From Chitinophaga pinensis (GTDB taxonomy: Bacteria; Bacteroidota; Bacteroidia; SXHM01), in contig CAMBRL010000001.1 in assembly GCA_945870105.1 (NCBI GenBank), positions 10,700 to 74,699 of the forward strand: a DNA stretch of 64,000 bases. The letters run 5' to 3'. Positions 17,302-25,442 of this stretch are shown here, one piece after another. A program made the position numbers and the translations under genes. The first letter of the stretch is position 1, and each line of letters begins with the position of its first letter. The notes beneath the pieces were generated by a model. That model ran no database searches. It was not told the origin of the DNA and saw only the letters and a program-made list of their open reading frames with translations.

Positions 17302-18597
17302 ATGAAACGAGAGAAATCAGAACAATTATTTGAAAAAGCGAAGCAGTATTTTCCGGGTGGAGTAAATTCACCTGTGCGTGCCTTTCGCTCGGTGGGCGGA
17401 ACACCGTTATTTATACAAAAAGGTGATGGCAGTCACATCTGGGATGCAGACGGAAATGAATTTATTGATTTCTGTTGCTCGTGGGGACCATTGATTTTAG
17501 GGCATAATAATTCAAAAGTCAAAAATGCCGTAATTGATGCTGTACAAAACGGAACTTCGTTTGGCGCACCAACAGAGAAAGAAAATGAATTGGCAGAATT
17601 GATTTTAGCTAACAACAAATTTGTTGAGAAAATCAGGTTTGTAAGCTCCGGAACGGAAGCAGTGATGAGTGCCATTCGTCTTGCCCGCGGATTTACAGGA
17701 AGAAATAAGATTTTAAAGTTTGAAGGTTGTTATCACGGACACGTTGACTCAATGTTGGTGAAAGCGGGTTCAGGTTTGGTTACGTTTGGAACAAGTTCTT
17801 CTGCCGGTGTTCCTGAATCGTTTGTGAACGATACCATCGTTGTTCCGCTCAACAATATTGAAGCGGTTAAAAAAGCATTTGAAGAATTTAATAACCAGAT
17901 TGCCGCAGTAATTATTGAACCTGTTCCTGCCAACAACGGTTTGTTGTTACAAACCAAGGAATACCTGCAACAACTCAGAACTATCTGCACCGAAAATAAA
18001 ACACTTCTGCATTTTGATGAAGTGATTTCAGGCTTCCGGCTTGGCTTTGAAGGCGCTGCCGGCTATTACGGAATTCAACCAGACATCATCACCTACGGAA
18101 AAATAATCGGTGGAGGTTTGCCGGTGGGTATGTATGGTGCAAGCAAAGAGATTATGGTAAAAATTTCTCCTGATGGTGATGTGTATCAGGCAGGAACATT
18201 GTCGGGAAACCCGGTTGCTATGGCTGCTGGCATTGCACAATTGACAGAGTGTTTAAAAGCTGGTTTTTATTCTTCGCTTGAAACAAAAACAAAAAAACTC
18301 TGCACAGCTGTTGAAGCACATGCTCATGCAAAAGGCTATACATTCAGGATATTCAACATTGCTTCCATTTTCTGGATTGCCTTTACCGAACTTGAAAACA
18401 TCAGAACTGCCGATGATATTGATGCTTCAAGCATGAGTAAATTCAGAGTGTTACATGCCGAATTATTAGAGAGCGGAATCTATCTTGGTCCTTCCGGTTA
18501 TGAAGTTGGTTTTATTTCTGAAGCGCATACCGAAGCGGACATTGATAAAACAATTGTGGCAATGTGTAATGCTTTAGATAAAGTTTTCGCGCAATAA
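17302..18597 (+). CDS. hemL: glutamate-1-semialdehyde 2,1-aminomutase
   Basis: GGVNSPVRAF.., class III aminotransferase pattern, YGKIIGGGLPVG (PLP lysine region). Confidence 0.9.
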   Translation: MKREKSEQLFEKAKQYFPGGVNSPVRAFRSVGGTPLFIQKGDGSHIWDADGNEFIDFCCSWGPLILGHNNSKVKNAVIDAVQNGTSFGAPTEKENELAELILANNKFVEKIRFVSSGTEAVMSAIRLARGFTGRNKILKFEGCYHGHVDSMLVKAGSGLVTFGTSSSAGVPESFVNDTIVVPLNNIEAVKKAFEEFNNQIAAVIIEPVPANNGLLLQTKEYLQQLRTICTENKTLLHFDEVISGFRLGFEGAAGYYGIQPDIITYGKIIGGGLPVGMYGASKEIMVKISPDGDVYQAGTLSGNPVAMAAGIAQLTECLKAGFYSSLETKTKKLCTAVEAHAHAKGYTFRIFNIASIFWIAFTELENIRTADDIDASSMSKFRVLHAELLESGIYLGPSGYEVGFISEAHTEADIDKTIVAMCNALDKVFAQ

Positions 18598-18604
18598 AAT
18601 TACT

Positions 18605-20134
18605 ATGCAGGAATACGATGTGGTAATAATCGGGAGTGGGCTGGGAGGCTTGCTCTGCGCAAATATTCTTGTTGAAGAAGGCTACAAAGTTTGCGTGCTG
18701 GAAAAGAACCAGCAGATTGGTGGCAACCTGCAAACCTTTGTCCGCGACCGGGTTATTTTTGATACCGGTGTTCATTACCTCGGTGGTCTGGCTGAAGGCG
18801 AAAATCTGAATCGTTTCTTCAACTATTTCGGCATTATGGATAAGCTGAAATTAGAGAAGATGGACGAAAACGGGTTTGACATTGTTACGTTTGACGGAGA
18901 TAACAACGAGTATCCGTATGCACAGGGCTATGAAAATTTCATTCGTATTCTGTCACAAAAATTTCCGGATGAAGAAAAAAACATCAGAACATACTGCGAT
19001 GAAATAAAAAGGGTTTGCACTCGCTTTCCCTTATATAACTTGCAAAACGGAGAGAGTTATCACTCTGATTCCGAATTGCTACAAACCAATGCCAAAGCAT
19101 TTATTGCAACCATTACAAAAAACGAAAAACTCAGAAACGTACTGGCAGGAACCAATCTGCTGTATGCAGGAATAGGGGAGAAGACCCCCTTTTACATTCA
19201 CGCATTGGTGCTTAATAGTTACATCGAAAGTGCATGGCGTTGTGTGGGAGGCGGCTCACAGATTGCAAAACTGATTGAAAAAAACATCAGAAAGTTTGGA
19301 GGAGATATATTTAAACGCAGTGAAGTAAAGCAACTGAAATTTGAAGGAGAAGATTTGCGCTATGCAGAACTCACAAACGGAAAAACAATTCAAGCAAAAC
19401 AATTTATTTCCAACGCGCACCCTTCGGTAACGCTTGATTTACTTGAGCCTGGCAAGATCAGAAAGTCCTACCACACGCGATTTAAATCGTTACAAAATTC
19501 CGCTTCTGCATTTACGTTGTATCTCGTTTTTAAAGAAAATACGGTCAACTATATTAACCATAACTACTACCATTTTAAGAATAACGATGTGTGGGCGCCT
19601 GTTGATTATAAGCCCGGAGAATGGCCTTTGAGTTACGGGACATTTATGGTTGCAGGTTTGAAGCCCAGTAAGTATGCAGAAGGAATGGCTGTGCTTACTT
19701 ACATGAAATACGATGAAGTCAAACAATGGGAAAATACGTCAAGCACGGTTGCACATCCTGATTTTCGCGGAGAGGAGTATGAAGAATTTAAACGTGCAAA
19801 ATCGGAAATTCTTATTGATGAACTGCAGAAAAAGTTTCCCGGAATTCGTGAGAATATAAAAGCATATTACAGTTCAACTCCTCTTACGTATCGCGATTAC
19901 ATTGCTTCTCCCGGTGGCTCCATGTATGGAATTGTGAAGGATTGTTATGACCCTTTAAAAACACTTGTTCCTGCCAGAACCAAAGTAAAAAATCTTTTTT
20001 TTACCGGACAGAATTTGCATTTTCACGGAGTGTTAGGGGTAACAGTAAGTGCCTTTGTAACCTGTTCCGAAATACTTGGGTTAGATTATTTGTTAGAGAA
20101 AATTGCAAAGAAAGAAGCCACATTAAATAAATAG
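18605..20134 (+). CDS. NAD(P)/FAD-dependent oxidoreductase, phytoene-desaturase (CrtI)-like family
   Basis: N-terminal dinucleotide fold YDVVIIGSGLGGLLCA..LEKNQQIGGN. Confidence 0.75.
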   Translation: MQEYDVVIIGSGLGGLLCANILVEEGYKVCVLEKNQQIGGNLQTFVRDRVIFDTGVHYLGGLAEGENLNRFFNYFGIMDKLKLEKMDENGFDIVTFDGDNNEYPYAQGYENFIRILSQKFPDEEKNIRTYCDEIKRVCTRFPLYNLQNGESYHSDSELLQTNAKAFIATITKNEKLRNVLAGTNLLYAGIGEKTPFYIHALVLNSYIESAWRCVGGGSQIAKLIEKNIRKFGGDIFKRSEVKQLKFEGEDLRYAELTNGKTIQAKQFISNAHPSVTLDLLEPGKIRKSYHTRFKSLQNSASAFTLYLVFKENTVNYINHNYYHFKNNDVWAPVDYKPGEWPLSYGTFMVAGLKPSKYAEGMAVLTYMKYDEVKQWENTSSTVAHPDFRGEEYEEFKRAKSEILIDELQKKFPGIRENIKAYYSSTPLTYRDYIASPGGSMYGIVKDCYDPLKTLVPARTKVKNLFFTGQNLHFHGVLGVTVSAFVTCSEILGLDYLLEKIAKKEATLNK

Positions 20135-20136
20135 TA

Positions 20137-20745
20137 ATGCCTGTTTTCTTAGATGGTTTTTTAGTAGGTCTTGCCCTGATAATCCTTATCGGTCCTGTGT
20201 TTTTTACCTTACTGAAAACATCTTTGCAGCATGGAGTTATTGCTGGTAGCTTGGTTGCATTAGGAATTATTGTCAGCGATATACTTGCTGTAATCCTTTG
20301 CGTTTTCGGTGCTTCGGTTTATCTGAAAACAGATGAGAGCAGATTCTATCTTGCTCTTGTTGGCGGTATAGTTCTGATAGCACTTGGTGTCCGCTATTTT
20401 CTGAAAAAGAAAAAACCGGAAGCAGAAGCAATTCAACTGAACACTAAGCACTACATCGGTTTTTTTACCAAAGGTTTTCTTGTCAATTTTGTAAACCCTT
20501 TTGTGTTTGCAGTGTGGATAGGCATTATAAAAGTAGCGGGCGACAGACACGGTTTTGATAAGAACCTCGGCATTTACCTTTCCGGAACCTTGCTCGCTAT
20601 CTTCAGTACTGATATCACAAAGGTTTTTCTTGCTGCCAAAATCAAAAACATCTTAAAGCCCGAAATACTTTTTGTGCTTTATAAGGTAATAGGAGTTGCC
20701 CTTGTCTTGCTTGGACTGCGGTTGTTCTATGTTGCCTTCTGCTAA
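20137..20745 (+). CDS. LysE-family amino-acid translocator
   Basis: About 200 aa with 6 TM helices and N-terminal GLALIILIGPVFF, typical of the LysE/RhtB family. Confidence 0.7.
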   Translation: MPVFLDGFLVGLALIILIGPVFFTLLKTSLQHGVIAGSLVALGIIVSDILAVILCVFGASVYLKTDESRFYLALVGGIVLIALGVRYFLKKKKPEAEAIQLNTKHYIGFFTKGFLVNFVNPFVFAVWIGIIKVAGDRHGFDKNLGIYLSGTLLAIFSTDITKVFLAAKIKNILKPEILFVLYKVIGVALVLLGLRLFYVAFC

Positions 20746-20763
20746 CTGAAATAAATTGTGTTC

Positions 20764-20840
20764 CGTCACCCTGAACTTGTTTCAGGGTCTTGTTGTTGAG
20801 ATGCTGAAATAATCCAGATAGCTATCGGGACAGCATGACG
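20764..20840. repeat. palindromic intergenic element, family 1 (copy b, variant right arm)
   Basis: CGTCACCCTGAACTTGTTTCAGGGTC ... GATGCTGAAA[taatccagatagctatcgggac]AGCATGACG, lying between convergent genes. Confidence 0.8.
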
Positions 20841-20843
20841 TTT

Positions 20844-21614
20844 TTAAATAATTCCCGAGCCAAGCAAAACAGCAAACACCATCAGCATCACGGCAACAAA
20901 GAGTTGCATTGATTTCAGCGTAACTTTTTTTACCAGCTTATTGCCAAGAAGAGCGCCTGCAAATGCACTTACTGTCCCTGCTGCAATAATGCCATATTCA
21001 CTCTGTGTAATACCGAAATTATTGGTTCCGTAAATCGCAAGGCGCGACACATCCACCATGCAGGCAATCACAATTCCTGTGGCGATAAAACTTTCTTTGC
21101 TCAGGCCCGAACGTATCAGAAACATAGAACGCAACGCTCCCTGATGTCCTGATAGACCGCCAAAGAAACCACTGAACAATCCTCCGGTGAGCATAAACTT
21201 TTCACCGAAGGTAATTTTTGAAAGTGCGGGAATTAAATCCAGCAGTGCAAACAAAATCATCAGTACTGCAATGATAAGTTTCACCAAAACCACATCGTAA
21301 GTTTTACTTCCAAGCTCGTAACTGTAAAGCGGTGCAACATGTATCATGTAAGTAAGTAACAACGCACCGCCTATTGCAGCTATCATAGAAGGGATACCAA
21401 ATTTTACCACCACACCTGCGTTGGCATTCTTTGCTGTAAGCGTTAATTTAAAAAGGTTGTTGAGAAAATGCACCACAGCCGTAATACTGATTGCTGTTTC
21501 AAGTGGAAAGAAAATCGCAAACGCAGGAAGCAGAATAGTTCCCAATCCAAAGCCAGAAAAGAATGTTAATCCTGAGGCAAGAAAAGCAACGATACAGATG
21601 ATGATGTAATCCAT
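20844..21614 (-). CDS. TauE/SafE-family sulfite/anion exporter
   Basis: 256 aa, 7-8 TM helices, internally duplicated Gly-rich helices typical of the TauE family. Confidence 0.7.
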   Translation of the reverse strand: MDYIIICIVAFLASGLTFFSGFGLGTILLPAFAIFFPLETAISITAVVHFLNNLFKLTLTAKNANAGVVVKFGIPSMIAAIGGALLLTYMIHVAPLYSYELGSKTYDVVLVKLIIAVLMILFALLDLIPALSKITFGEKFMLTGGLFSGFFGGLSGHQGALRSMFLIRSGLSKESFIATGIVIACMVDVSRLAIYGTNNFGITQSEYGIIAAGTVSAFAGALLGNKLVKKVTLKSMQLFVAVMLMVFAVLLGSGII

Positions 21615-21624
21615 GATTGTTTTT

Positions 21625-21688
21625 CGTCATGCTGAACTTGTTTCAGCATCTCATTATTTTAAGACCCTGAAACAAGTTCAGGGTGACG
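21625..21688. repeat. palindromic intergenic element, family 1 (copy c)
   Basis: CGTCATGCTGAACTTGTTTCAGCATC - 12 nt - GACCCTGAAACAAGTTCAGGGTGACG. Confidence 0.85.
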
Positions 21689-21695
21689 GGGTGAT

Positions 21696-22769
21696 TTACA
21701 CCACATCATAATCCACCACCACCTTCTCGGTAATCGGATGCGCCTGACAGGTAAGAATATATCCTTCTTCCACTTCCTGGTCAGTAAGTGCATAATTCTT
21801 ATCCATCTGAATTTTGCCTTCCAGCACTTTTGCTTTGCAGGTGCAGCACACCGCTCCCTTGCACGAGAATGGTACATCAACTCCTGCATCCATTGCAGCA
21901 TCCAATATTGATTTCCCTTTTGAAGAAAGTTCAAGAACGGTTTCTTCCCCGTCCATTATCACGGTTACGCTGCTTTGCAGTTCTGCAATTTCGGGAGCAG
22001 TTTGCGCTGGTGCTGCTCCGGCATCTACTGTAAAATATTCAAGGTGTATGCGCTCTTTAGCAATTTTCAATTCAATCAAAGTGCTCTCCACATTGCGCAT
22101 CATCGGTCCCGGACCACAGATAAAAAACTCATTATCCAGATTAAGCCCAACATAATTTTCAATCAGTGCCTTCACTTTTTCGGGTACCATAATTCCGCGA
22201 AATAAACTGCCTTCCACTTCCGGAGAATGTTCCAGCACATGCACCATTTTTACTCTGTCTTTATTGTCAGCGACAATCTTTTCCAGCTCCGCTTTAAAAA
22301 TAATCGAAGCCTCATCTCTGTTTCCGTAGAGCAATACAATCGTGCTCTTCGGCTCGGCAATCAGCACCGTTTTTATAATCGAAAGCATGGGCGTTATCCC
22401 GCTTCCGCCTGCAAACAATACATAATTCTTTTTGTTACCCGCATTCATCGCGCTATGAAAACTTCCCATAGGCGTCATAACTTCCAGCATATCTCCCACT
22501 TTCAGTTGCGTGTTCAGGTAACCCGACATCCTTCCGTCTTTCACCTGCTTCACCGCCACGCGCAGCGGCTCATTCACCAAAGGGCTGCTGCAAACCGAAT
22601 ACGAGCGCCTTACTTCCTCACCGTTCAGTTTTATTTTCAGCGTAACGTATTGCCCCTGTATGTAACTATACTCGGCTTTAGCCGCCTCCGGAATATCAAA
22701 CGCAATCGAAACCGCTTCAGCCGTTTCGCGCCTTACTTCTGCTACTTTTAGTGTGTGAAATTTTGCCAT
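21696..22769 (-). CDS. ferredoxin-NAD(P) reductase with C-terminal 2Fe-2S ferredoxin domain (PaaE/PaaK-like)
   Basis: FAD motif RRSYSV, NAD motif GGSGITP, C-terminal cluster CKGAVCCTC...C. Confidence 0.8.
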   Translation of the reverse strand: MAKFHTLKVAEVRRETAEAVSIAFDIPEAAKAEYSYIQGQYVTLKIKLNGEEVRRSYSVCSSPLVNEPLRVAVKQVKDGRMSGYLNTQLKVGDMLEVMTPMGSFHSAMNAGNKKNYVLFAGGSGITPMLSIIKTVLIAEPKSTIVLLYGNRDEASIIFKAELEKIVADNKDRVKMVHVLEHSPEVEGSLFRGIMVPEKVKALIENYVGLNLDNEFFICGPGPMMRNVESTLIELKIAKERIHLEYFTVDAGAAPAQTAPEIAELQSSVTVIMDGEETVLELSSKGKSILDAAMDAGVDVPFSCKGAVCCTCKAKVLEGKIQMDKNYALTDQEVEEGYILTCQAHPITEKVVVDYDVV

Positions 22770-22902
22770 CTTCTGTTTTCTGCGTCTACCTGTCGGTAGA
22801 CAGGAGGCAAAAATAGGATTTATGTGATAATATCATTTGAAAACATAGACTAGCATTAATTCCCCACCTTATATGCTTCAATCATTGACTTATTCATTTT
22901 AA

Positions 22903-23238
22903 CTGAGTGTATGATTTTGTCTATTGAGTGTTCGATTGGTTTAATCAAGTCTCTGTTTTTTTCTATTAAGTGTCTGATTGGTTTAACCTAGTGTCTGATT
23001 TTTTTGACTGAGTGTTCGATTGGTTTAATCAAGTCTCTGTTATTTTCTATTAAGTGTCTGATTGGTTTAATCTAATGTCTGATTTTGTTGACTCAGTCTC
23101 TGTTTAGTTTTGTTAAGTGTCTGGTTGGTTTAACTAAGTGTCTGATTCTTTTGAATCAGTCTCTGTTTAGTTTTATTAAGTGTCTGATTGGTTTAATCTA
23201 GTGTCTGATTCTTTTGACTCAGTCTCTGTTTTTTTCAA
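22903..23238 (+). repeat. degenerate 21-nt-period tandem array B (16 units, with 84- and 63-nt higher-order structure), noncoding
   Basis: Units include TTAAGTGTCTGATTGGTTTAA, CCTAGTGTCTGATTTTTTTGA, TCAAGTCTCTGTTTTTTTCTA. It lies in a divergent intergenic region. Confidence 0.9.
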
Positions 23239-23338
23239 TCAGAGTCATTTTTTCCCTTTTTAGCCCCTTTTTTCAAGGCTTTTTCTGCCTTTTTGTCTCA
23301 TAATCTCAAAAACCTGACAGTTTTTCCCTCATATCCCC

Positions 23339-23346
23339 TAAGTTTG
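23339..23346 (+). promoter_or_regulatory. Bacteroidota -7 box TAAGTTTG
   Basis: Exact TAnnTTTG only 5 nt upstream of ATG 23352, which would give a near-leaderless transcript. Confidence 0.35.
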
Positions 23347-23351
23347 TACCA

Positions 23352-24536
23352 ATGAATTTCAAAACCGAAAACAACGGCAACACCGTTGAATTCATCACCA
23401 CCCCCCAACTCCTGAGCGATTGCGTTCAGTACCTCAGCACCACCACCCAACTTGCCATAGACCTTGAGTTCGACCGCGACCGCCATGCCTATGGTTTCAA
23501 CCTTTGCCTCATACAAGCCAGTGCCGGCAACCGCTGTTTTATCATAGACCCCCGTCAGCCCCTTGATTGCACTCCGCTCTTCCGCCTGCTCGAAAATCCT
23601 GTCCAACAAGTTCTGCTTCATTCGCATGGCGAAGACCTGCGCCTGCTCCATTCCCTCGGTTGCCGCCCCACCAATCTGCTCGATACCGAAATAGCCGCCA
23701 AGCTTCTGGGCTACGAAAAAACATCACTCGCCTCCATGCTCGAGCAGCATCTGAAAATCAACCTCGATAAGTCGCAGCAAAAAACCAACTGGCTCATTCG
23801 TCCCTTAACTCCCGCGCAAATCATCTATGCCTCCAACGATGTGATACATCTGGCACAGCTCAAAAACATATTGCTTGCCGAGGCCGCAGAAAAAAACCGC
23901 AGCCACTGGATTGAAGAAGAAAACATTTTCCTCAGTCAGGTTATATTTACCGAAACGGTGAAAGAAAACTTTCTCTCCGCTGCCGATAAAAAAGAACTCA
24001 GTCCTTATGATCAGTTTCTGATGAACGAATGGCTTAAACTCCGTGATGGGCTGGCCGCGAAATTCAACAAACCTTCCTATCAGGTTATCAGCCCCGAAAC
24101 AATCCGCGATATTATTTCCGGTAAAGCCGATTTAAATAACTGGCCTGCACTGCCCGGAATTTATCGCAAACTGAAAGAGCCGCACTACATTGATTTTTTT
24201 ATCGCGAAGCACACTGAAATTATAACAACCGCAGATGCCCATACCATCTCAAAAACCATAGGCCACAAACCTTTTGTAAACCCCGAAGAATGGGAAAGAC
24301 GCAAAACTTCCAATGCCGAAAAAGAAAAAGCAAAGGCTGAGATATTTCTTCCCCTCAAACAACGCCTCACCGAAATTTACGGAGCGGGCATAGCAAGTTT
24401 TATTCTCAGCAATGCCTCCATAGATGAGTTTATCCGTGGCGATAAAAAAATAAGCGAACTGAAAGTAAACTACCGCAAAGAATTGCTGCAAACCACCGCA
24501 GCAGAATTAAAGCTGGATATAAATCGCTGGCTTTAA
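23352..24536 (+). CDS. rnd: ribonuclease D-like 3'-5' exonuclease with HRDC-like C-terminal region
   Basis: DEDDy motifs AIDLEFD.., HGEDLRLL, YASNDVIHL. Confidence 0.75.
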   Translation: MNFKTENNGNTVEFITTPQLLSDCVQYLSTTTQLAIDLEFDRDRHAYGFNLCLIQASAGNRCFIIDPRQPLDCTPLFRLLENPVQQVLLHSHGEDLRLLHSLGCRPTNLLDTEIAAKLLGYEKTSLASMLEQHLKINLDKSQQKTNWLIRPLTPAQIIYASNDVIHLAQLKNILLAEAAEKNRSHWIEEENIFLSQVIFTETVKENFLSAADKKELSPYDQFLMNEWLKLRDGLAAKFNKPSYQVISPETIRDIISGKADLNNWPALPGIYRKLKEPHYIDFFIAKHTEIITTADAHTISKTIGHKPFVNPEEWERRKTSNAEKEKAKAEIFLPLKQRLTEIYGAGIASFILSNASIDEFIRGDKKISELKVNYRKELLQTTAAELKLDINRWL

Positions 24537-25195
24537 ATCCCCGCGCTCTTGTTCAAAAAATCATTCAGCGGCTTCAATGCCTTGAAAGCCTCCAGTGTAT
24601 TCTTTACAAGGTTTTTATCCATCACCTCTTTATCGCTCAGGTTCTTTACCACGATGTAGCTTTTGTATTTCACCAGGTCAATATCCGGGTGTTCTTTGTC
24701 AAAGCCTTTGGGTGCGGTTTTCAGCTTATCTTCATCCGACAGCTTACCAAAATGCTTTTTAAATTCTTTGTTACCGATTAACTTTTTAAAATCAGCGGGG
24801 TCGTAAAGAATATCCTCACGTAAAGCTTTCAGTTTATCAGGCTCGGGCTGCCACATTCCTCCTGCAATAAAAGAACCTCCCGGCTGCACATGAAAGTAAT
24901 ACCCTGCCGCAGGCGACTTCTTTCCTCCCGGACTCATGTTCGCGCCCATGTTGTTTTTGTAAGGCGATTTATCATTAGAGAAACGCACATCACGGTTAAT
25001 GCGAAACACACAGTTCTTAGCTTCCAGTCCGCTCACCTTTTTATCAAACGTTGAAATGCCCGCAATCAGTTTCTGCACATAGTCTATGAAATCTTTTTTC
25101 GCAACATCGTATTCTTTCTTGTTGGCAAGAAACCAGTCGCGGTTATTGTTTTTCTTTAAGGCCGTAAGAAATTTAAGAGTGGATTGCTGAATCAT
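24533..25195 (-). CDS. DUF2461 (TIGR02453) family protein
   Basis: LKFLTALKKNNNRDWFLANKKEYD..RINRDVRFSNDKSPYK pattern. Confidence 0.75.
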   Translation of the reverse strand: MIQQSTLKFLTALKKNNNRDWFLANKKEYDVAKKDFIDYVQKLIAGISTFDKKVSGLEAKNCVFRINRDVRFSNDKSPYKNNMGANMSPGGKKSPAAGYYFHVQPGGSFIAGGMWQPEPDKLKALREDILYDPADFKKLIGNKEFKKHFGKLSDEDKLKTAPKGFDKEHPDIDLVKYKSYIVVKNLSDKEVMDKNLVKNTLEAFKALKPLNDFLNKSAGI

Positions 25196-25201
25196 TGTTT
25201 A

Positions 25202-25289
25202 CGTCATTGCGAGGGTTTACCCGAAGCAATCTCCTGAAATGAATTATTGCACATTATTAAGAGATTGCTTCGCTTCGCTCGCAATGACG
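25202..25289. repeat. palindromic intergenic element, family 2
   Basis: CGTCATTGCGAG..GAAGCAATCTC - 26 nt - GAGATTGCTTC..CTCGCAATGACG. Confidence 0.8.
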
Positions 25290-25313
25290 ACAAAAGTAGG
25301 AATTATTAAAAAT

Positions 25314-25375
25314 CGTCATGCTGAACTTGTTTCAGCATCTTTATGTTGAGACCCTGAAACAAGTTCAGGGTGACG
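25314..25375. repeat. palindromic intergenic element, family 1 (copy d)
   Basis: CGTCATGCTGAACTTGTTTCAGCATC - 10 nt - GACCCTGAAACAAGTTCAGGGTGACG; nearly identical to copy c. Confidence 0.85.
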
Positions 25376-25442
25376 GACATAAACAACAAACGCCCCTTTT
25401 GAGGGCGCCTGCTGCGAAAAACATCTGCACTAATCTACGGTG

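Noticed and set aside
21659-21934. The 91-aa ORF(-) and other short ORFs overlapping the PaaE-like gene (21788..22751 + strand set).
   Set aside because: They are out-of-frame or antisense shadows of a gene with clear FAD/NAD/2Fe-2S motifs. The 21659 ORF ends inside palindromic element copy c.
23298-23651. The 117-aa ORF(-) and the Pro/Arg-rich ORFs 23542..23770.
   Set aside because: They overlap the 5' part of rnd, which has DEDDy exonuclease motifs. Their composition reflects the C-rich coding strand of rnd.
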